From contig CAVTNH010000007.1 in the NCBI GenBank assembly GCA_963736025.1, positions 11,972-75,971 of the forward strand: a stretch of DNA of 64,000 bases, in the 5' to 3' direction. Position 1 is the stretch's first letter; each line of letters starts with the position of its first letter. Positions 57,885 to 64,000 of the stretch are shown here, one piece after another. A program made the translations under genes and the position numbers. The DNA is from an uncultured Chloroflexia bacterium (lineage in GTDB: Bacteria; Chloroflexota; Limnocylindria; Limnocylindrales; CSP1-4). The notes below the pieces were generated by a model. It had not been told where the DNA came from. It did not search any database and worked only from the letters and a program-made list of their open reading frames with translations.

Positions 57885-58742
57885 ATGGAGCTCGAGCCCG
57901 CCATCGCGACGGTCACGCTCGGCCTGATCGCGGCGGCGGCCTACGGGTCGTCGGACTTCGGGGGCGGCGTGATCTCGCGGCGGGCGCCACTCCTGGGCGT
58001 CGTGCTGATCTCGCAGTCGTGCGGCGCGGCCCTCGCGATCGCGCTGGCCGTCGTGGCCGGCGGGACACTGCCGGGCCCGCCCGACATCGCCTGGTCCATC
58101 CTCGCCGGGATCCTCGGCGCGACGGGCATCACCGCCCTGTACCGCGGCCTCGCCGTCGGGCGGATGGGGATCGTCGCGCCGGTCACGGCCATCCTGGCCT
58201 CCGTCATCCCGGTCGCGGGCGGGGTCGTCCTGCAGGGCGCTCCACCGGTCGTGGTGTCCATCGGGATCGGCGTCGCGCTGGCCGCGGTCGTCCTCGTCTC
58301 GTGGGAGACCGATGCCGACGGCACCGGCCGGGCCGGCTTGCGACCGGCCGTGCTCGCGGGATCTGCCTTCGGGCTCTATGAGATCACGATCGCCCAGATC
58401 GGCGAGGACGCGGTGCTCGGTCCGCTGGCGATCATCCGCGCGACCCAGGCGGTGCTGGTCGCGCTCGTCGTCATCGTCACACGCTCGGCGTGGCGGCCGG
58501 AACGCTCGCTGCTGCCGGCGATCGCGGCCATCGGCGTCCTCGAGATGACCGCCACGGGCGCGTTCATCCTCGCCGTGCAGACGGGCTCGCTGGCCGTCGC
58601 GTCGATCGTGTCGGCCCTGTATCCGGTCGTGACCATCCTCCTGGCGGCCCTGGTCCTGCGCGAGCGGGTCAGCGGCCGGCACGCTGTCGGGATCGGTCTC
58701 GCGATGCTGGCCATCGCCCTGATCGGCGCCGGGTCCGCATAG
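57885..58742 (+). CDS. EamA/DMT transporter, copy 2
   Basis: YGSSDFGGG, LYRGLAVGRMGIVAPV, SALYPVVT; paralog of the upstream gene. Confidence 0.88.
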   Translation: MELEPAIATVTLGLIAAAAYGSSDFGGGVISRRAPLLGVVLISQSCGAALAIALAVVAGGTLPGPPDIAWSILAGILGATGITALYRGLAVGRMGIVAPVTAILASVIPVAGGVVLQGAPPVVVSIGIGVALAAVVLVSWETDADGTGRAGLRPAVLAGSAFGLYEITIAQIGEDAVLGPLAIIRATQAVLVALVVIVTRSAWRPERSLLPAIAAIGVLEMTATGAFILAVQTGSLAVASIVSALYPVVTILLAALVLRERVSGRHAVGIGLAMLAIALIGAGSA

Positions 58743-58754
58743 GGTCGGCGCTTT

Positions 58755-59279
58755 CTACGTCCCTGCCCGCTCGAACCGCAGCGCATCCACGAGCGCAGCG
58801 TCGTCGAGGACGACGACCGTGGTGAACCCCTCCGATGCGAGCGCATCGGCGTCGACCGTGGCGCGCAGGGTCGCCAGCTGGCGCTCGACGACCGCCTGGT
58901 CGACGACCCGCGTCACCCTCCCGGCGTTCCGGGCGTGGACGACGGCCGGCGGCAGGTCGAGGACGATCGCGACGGCCGGGACGTCCGCATCCCGGGCGCG
59001 CGCCAGGAGCGTCAGGCGGGCGTGGCGGGTCAGGTTCGTGGCATCGATGACCGACAGTCGACGCGCTCGGAGGCGGGCCGCGACGTCGTCGTGCAGCCGG
59101 CGGAACGCGAGTCCGGTCGCCCGCTGGTCCGCCTCGTCGCCGCTCACGAGCTTCCGGTACGCATCCGAGGACAGGACCTCGTCCGGCGCGAAGTGTCGTG
59201 CGGCCAGGGTGGACTTGCCCGAACCTGCCGGCCCGACGAGCACGACAAGGCACGGTTCCGGGAGCTCGATGGGCCGCAT
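58755..59279 (-). CDS. P-loop kinase (AAA_33, polynucleotide-kinase-like)
   Basis: LVGPAGSGKST, LSSD, VIDATN. Confidence 0.85.
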   Translation of the reverse strand: MRPIELPEPCLVVLVGPAGSGKSTLAARHFAPDEVLSSDAYRKLVSGDEADQRATGLAFRRLHDDVAARLRARRLSVIDATNLTRHARLTLLARARDADVPAVAIVLDLPPAVVHARNAGRVTRVVDQAVVERQLATLRATVDADALASEGFTTVVVLDDAALVDALRFERAGT

Positions 59280-59296
59280 GCCCAGATGATGGCCCC

Positions 59297-60166
59297 CTAC
59301 GAGGCGATCCGGCGCACCTCGTAGCCACCGCCCTCGGCCGCCTGGATCTCGTACGCGGGCTGGTCGTAGACCGATGGGCCGCGCACGACGTGGCCGTCCT
59401 CGATCCGGTACCGGGCGCCGTGCCACGGGCACTGCACGCAGCCGTTGACGATCGTGCCCTTGTCCAGTGGCCCGCCGGCGTGGGCGCAGGTGGCGTGGAG
59501 CGCGAAGACCCGTTCGCCCAGCCGGATCACGACGAGGTCGTTGATGCCCGCCTTCATCTTCGTGGGCGTCGCCTCGGCGAGGTCGTCGAGGCTGGCAAGC
59601 GCGCCGAGCTCGAGCTTGATCCACTTCGTGCCGGCCCCGCGGAACGCGTGGCGGCTGACCATGTTGCCGAGGAGGTACACGACGTCTCCGCCGACGAACG
59701 CCCCCGCCGACACCAGCCCGAAGGCGACGATGCCGAGGACGATCGCGACCGTCCGGTCGACCGGGTCGCCCGCCCGGATGACCAGGGAGACGATCAGGAC
59801 CACGAGCGCGATCGTCATGAGCGTCGCGTGGGTGGTCGCGCGCGTCCGGGCGGTGCCGTCCGTGTCGGTGTAGTCCGCCAGCCCCGCCACGGCCGAGAGG
59901 ACCATGAAGAGGATCGTCCCCGCGAGCGCGATGTCGGCGGCCGCCCGTTGGTCGGCCAGGTCGAGGATGACCGCGCCGAGGAGCAGGCCGATCGGGATGT
60001 CCGTCAGTGCCGCGTGGAGCGGATGGCCCAGCCAGCGGCCGTTCAGCAGGTCCTTGATCGGGCGGATCGGTCCGAACAGCGCCGACAGCCAGCGATGGTT
60101 GAAGTCACCGAAGGGGCGCGCCCACCGGTCGTTGATCGCCACGAGCCGCGCGAGCAGATGGGCCAT
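59297..60166 (-). CDS. DUF2231-like membrane domain fused to Rieske 2Fe-2S domain
   Basis: WLGHPLHAALTDIPIG; CAHAGGPL...CPWHG. Confidence 0.88.
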   Translation of the reverse strand: MAHLLARLVAINDRWARPFGDFNHRWLSALFGPIRPIKDLLNGRWLGHPLHAALTDIPIGLLLGAVILDLADQRAAADIALAGTILFMVLSAVAGLADYTDTDGTARTRATTHATLMTIALVVLIVSLVIRAGDPVDRTVAIVLGIVAFGLVSAGAFVGGDVVYLLGNMVSRHAFRGAGTKWIKLELGALASLDDLAEATPTKMKAGINDLVVIRLGERVFALHATCAHAGGPLDKGTIVNGCVQCPWHGARYRIEDGHVVRGPSVYDQPAYEIQAAEGGGYEVRRIAS

Positions 60167-60188
60167 GGATCGGGCACCTCCCGGACGA

Positions 60189-60298
60189 GTATCCACAACC
60201 CGTCCACAACGTCCACAACTTCGGGGATAAGGTCGAGGGCTCCGCCTGCAAGTTCGTGGATAAGCCCGTTGTGGTTCTGGGCCCCCGGACCGTACATT
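60189..60298 (+). promoter_or_regulatory. Cluster of DnaA-box-like repeats plus -10 element
   Basis: GTATCCACA 60189; TCCACAAC at 60192, 60203, 60212; CGGGGATAA 60222; CGTGGATAA 60255; TACATT 60293. Confidence 0.55.
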
Positions 60299-60304
60299 GG
60301 TCTC

Positions 60305-60490
60305 GCCCGAAGGGGCAGGAGTGAACCGCCAGACCGCAGCGAGGAGCGATCCACGCAGCGGCCCCGGGAACCGGGCTCGAGAGTCGCAAGGCTAGCGAGC
60401 GAGGGACCCGGCGGCGACCAGGGACTGCAGCTTGCTGAAGCCCCAGGACCCGCTGAACGCTCGGTGTCCCACCAGTTCCTTCGGGCGCTT
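60305..60490 (+). ncRNA. Candidate ~185-nt structured non-coding RNA (6S-like or novel)
   Basis: Starts 6 nt after TACATT; 5' GCCCGAAGGGG pairs with 3' TTCCTTCGGGC; internal hairpins with GCGA, GCAA and CUUG loops; no credible ORF. Confidence 0.6.
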
Positions 60491-60537
60491 TCGTGCGTCC
60501 CGCAAGCCGGTCCCGCGCATCGGCTAGGCTTCCGCCG

Positions 60538-61816
60538 ATGCCCGACCCCGGTGCCCTGACGGCGCCCTCAGTCCCACCCTCACGCCCGGCCCAGGACTGG
60601 CGCGTCCTCGTCGCGGTCTTCTGGGTCACCTCGATGGTCGAGGGCCTCGGCGTCAGCCAGGTCTTCGCGCTCCTGCCGGCGTACCTGCGCCAGATGGGCG
60701 TCGCCGAAGCCGACCGGCTCGCGTTCATCGGGCTCTTCAGTGCGCTGGTCTTCGTGGTCGGGATGCCGCTCGTCCCGCTGTGGGGCGTCTGGGCCGACAA
60801 GTACAGCCGCAAGGCCGTCATCGTCCGCAGCGCCCTCGTCGAGGCCGTCGTGTTCGCGGGCGTCGCGCTCTCGCAGGAGCCCTGGCAGCTCGCCCTCTCG
60901 ATGCTGCTCATCGGGTTCCAGCTGGGCAACACCGGCGTGATGCTCGCGGGCATCCGCGACGTGACCCCGACGCACCGGCTCGGCACGACGATCGCCGTGT
61001 TCGGGGCGTCCGGTCCGATCGGGTTCGCGGTCGGCCCCATCCTCGCCGGGATCCTGATCGACGCGCTTCGGCTGGCCGCTCGCCGGCGTCTTCTGGCTGT
61101 CGGCTGCGTTCTCGGTGGGGACCGCGCTCCTCGTCGCCTTCGGTTCGAAGGAAGTGCGGCCGGAGGTCGTCCCGACGGGGAGCGTCCTCTCGCTCGCCTT
61201 CGGTGCCGTCCGGGGCGTGCTGATGGACCCGTCCGTTCGCCGGATCTTCGCGATCTTCGGCGTCTCCTACATCGCGACGCAGATGAGCCGGCCGTACATC
61301 CCGATCCTCGTCGAGGGCCTGACCGGCCCGGGCCCCGGGTATGCGTCGGCCGTCGGGCTCGTGATGGGCACGGCCGCGCTCGTCGGCGGCCTCGTGGCGC
61401 CGCTCGGTGGCGTGCTCGGCGATCGCGTCGGGTTCCGCCCCGTCCTGGTGGCGGCGCTCGCGGGCGCGGGCGTCGTCCTGTTGCTCATGCCGTTCGTTGA
61501 GGCGGTCGCCTCACTGGCGTTGTTGGCAGTGGTCCTCGGCACGGCCACGGCGACCGTGAGTGCCATGGTCTTCGGGCTGCTCGCGCTCGAGGCCCCGCCC
61601 GAGCGCCGGTCGGCGACGCTCAACCTCGTCTACCTGCCGCTCTACGCCGCCGGCATCATCGGACCGGCGATCGGGGCCGGTGTCGCGTCGGTCGGCGGCG
61701 CATCGGGGCCGTTCATCGTCGGTGGCGCGATCTTCCTGCTCGGCGCGATCGCGATCGCGGTCCGCCTTCGCTCGACGCGGTCGCGGACGCAGGCACCCAC
61801 CGCGCGGGCTGCCTGA
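60538..61816 (+). CDS. MFS transporter (DHA1-like), frameshift near 61065
   Basis: WGVWADKYSRK, GGVLGDRVGFRP; about 12 TM. Confidence 0.85.
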
Positions 61817-61894
61817 GAACGGCGGCCCAGCCGGACCGTCGTTCAGGGATTCACCGGACGGTCCGGGCCTTAGAGCCTCTGCTACGGTTCCGGC

Positions 61895-63599
61895 ATGGAC
61901 GCTCGCCTGCGAGACCGGGTCGCCATCGGGATCGCCGTGGTGGCGATGGTCCTCGGGGTCGGGACGCTGATGTTCGGCCGGTACGACACCGGCATCACCC
62001 TGACCGTCGACGATCAGGGTCGGGTGATCGTCGTCGCCGTGAACCCACACAGCCGGGCCGAGCAGTACGGCATCCAGGCCGGGATGATCGTCACGCAGCT
62101 CAACGGGGTCGAGCTCATCCGCCTGCCTCAGTACATCTATCCGGACGTCGAGCCGTCGCCGGACCCGTCGACCGGGGAGTACCCGATCGTCAGCCCGATC
62201 GGGGTCGAGCCCCAGGAGCCGACGATCGTCTCCATCGACCCTGGCGAGCTCTACGTGCTCACGGTCCAGGACACCAGGGACCTGACGGCCATCCAGCCGT
62301 CGGGTCTCGAGGAAGGCAGACCCGACGAATGGGCGCTGTCGTCGTTCTACGACGACGGACTGGACGGGATCCGTCAGTCGCTCCCCGCGGTCGCTCTCGG
62401 CGCGGCGTTGCTCATGCTCGTCGGCTGGTTCCTGGCCAGCGGCCGGGCGGGCGAGACACTCCGGCCGTTGGCCGTTTCTCTCGCCGTGGCGACCGCCGTC
62501 CCGTTCCTCACCCGGCCTCTCGAGGCGAGCTGGTCGCCGTTCCTGGTGGCGATCGGCGGGCTCGTGACGGTGCTGGCGATGGTCCCACTCGCGATGGCGC
62601 TCACCGAGCGCATCGATCAACCGGAGGAGCGGAGGCTCGTCACCCTCGTCGTCACGATCTGCACCGCAGGTGCCGCCGTCATCGCCATCGCGGTCGCGAC
62701 CACGGACGTGTGGACGGGCGAGGGGATCGCCCGCTGGGCGCTGGTCGGGGCGATCCCGCTGATCCCGGGGCTCGCCGCCGCCGGACCCATCCAGCCCGGC
62801 GGGTTGCGCGGCGCGGCGGCGTCCAGCGGTCACGTCCTCGAATCGACCGAGTTCGCGGTGGTCGGGGTCACGCCGCTCATGGCGCTCGCGACGGACATGG
62901 CGCCGTACCTCATCCCGCTGCAGCTCTGGTTCGCCTTCGTCCTGCTGGCCGGCCGGTTCACGATCCGGCCATTGGCGAGGCTCGCGACCCGCGCCACTCT
63001 CCAGCGCGACCTCGTCGTCGCGGCCACCGAGGCGGAACGGGCGCGCGTCGCGGCCGACATCCACGACGACGCGCTCCAGGAATTGACGCTGCTCGTCCAC
63101 CGGCTCGATGCCGCCGGCGACACGGAGGGCGCCGACATCGCGCGGGCAGTGTCGGATCGCCTGCGGGCCATCTGCGGCGACCTCCGCCTGCCGATCCTCG
63201 ACGACCTCGGGGTCGGGCCGGCGCTCGACTGGCTCGTGCTTCCGCATCGAGCGGCTCGCCGGCGGCGAGGTCCGCCTCGAGCGGACCGACGGGACGCGGC
63301 CGCCGCCGGACGTCGAACTCGCGTTCTTCCGGGTCGCCCAGGAAGCTCTGTCGAACGCGGTCAAGCACGGCAAGCCGCCGATCGTCGTTCGGTACTCGAC
63401 ATCGGGCGCGGGCGCGTCGCTGTCGATCGACGACGCCGGTCCCGGCATCGAACCCGACGCCGGCGACGCGGCCGAGCGAGCGGGCCACTTCGGGCTCATC
63501 AACATGCAGCAGCGCGCCGAGGCGATCGGGGCGATCCTCGACGTGCGCCGGTGGCCGGCCGGCGGCACGCACGTGAAGCTGGATTGGCGGGCGCACTGA
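61895..63599 (+). CDS. Membrane sensor histidine kinase with PDZ-like input domain, frameshift near 63240
   Basis: VAVNPHSRAEQYGIQAGMIVTQLNG; multiple TMs; ERARVAADIHDDALQ; QEALSNAVKH; DDAGPG. Confidence 0.82.
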
Positions 63600-64000
63600 T
63601 CCGGGTCGGCGTCATCGACGACCACCCGGTGGTCGGCGAGGGGACCGCCGCGCTCCTCCGCTCGCAGGAGGACATCGACGTCGTCGGCGTGGCGCCGTCG
63701 CTCGATGCGGCGCGCGGAGCCGGGCTCGCGGACCGTGCCGCGGTCGACGTCCTGCTCCTCGACATCCGGCTCGGGGCCGACAGCGGTCTCGGCCTGCTCA
63801 CCGGCGATCCGGACCTGCCGGCCGTCATCGTGCTGACCGCGTACGACTACCCGCAGTACGCCGAGGCGGCCCTCCACCTGGGCGCCGCCGGGTTCGTGCT
63901 CAAGACCGCGCCACTCCCCGAGTTGCTCGACGCGATCCGGCGGGTCGCCGCGGGCGGGCTGGCCTTCGCGGTCCGGCCCGGCACGAGCGCGATCCGGCTC
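63584..64000 (+). CDS. NarL-family response regulator, partial (start uncertain)
   Basis: IRVGVIDDHPVV...LLLDIRLG...VLTAYD...GAAGFVLK. Confidence 0.85.
   Translation, partial: MAGALIRVGVIDDHPVVGEGTAALLRSQEDIDVVGVAPSLDAARGAGLADRAAVDVLLLDIRLGADSGLGLLTGDPDLPAVIVLTAYDYPQYAEAALHLGAAGFVLKTAPLPELLDAIRRVAAGGLAFAVRPGTSAIRL

Noticed and set aside
60189-60300. Chromosomal oriC
   Set aside because: No dnaA or dnaN in the window, no AT-rich unwinding element, and mostly degenerate boxes. Kept only as a DnaA-box-like cluster.
61895-64000. Apparent hybrid kinase-regulator reading frame
   Set aside because: The HATPase domain is in a shifted frame ending at 63599, so these are two genes.

Overview
GC-rich (about 70% by eye) bacterial chromosomal segment. 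Gene style suggests a soil or freshwater Chloroflexota or Actinomycetota-like organism (inference only). About 20 otherwise intact genes carry single-base frameshifts, most simply explained as long-read indel errors. From left to right it holds: a PHA storage locus (phaC, phaR/E-like with a collagen-like tail, PadR/phaQ, divergent phasin-phaB-phaA); a Tat-exported two-domain multicopper oxidase, a tandem USP and a DosS/DosR-like pair; assorted metabolic genes (betA, metH, flavoenzymes, two DNA glycosylases, saccharopine-dehydrogenase-like and LysA-like genes); and an NAD-linked formate dehydrogenase region. The FDH molybdo-subunit has an in-frame UGA (Sec) with a SECIS hairpin and lies near fdhD, a truncated hemoglobin, a formamidase, selD, tRNA-Sec, selA, selB and mobA. 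Further right are transporters, an SbcD/SMC-like pair, tandem EamA genes, an unannotated ~185-nt structured RNA candidate preceded by DnaA-box-like repeats, and a two-component system running off the end. I saw no CRISPR array, rRNA or mobile element.
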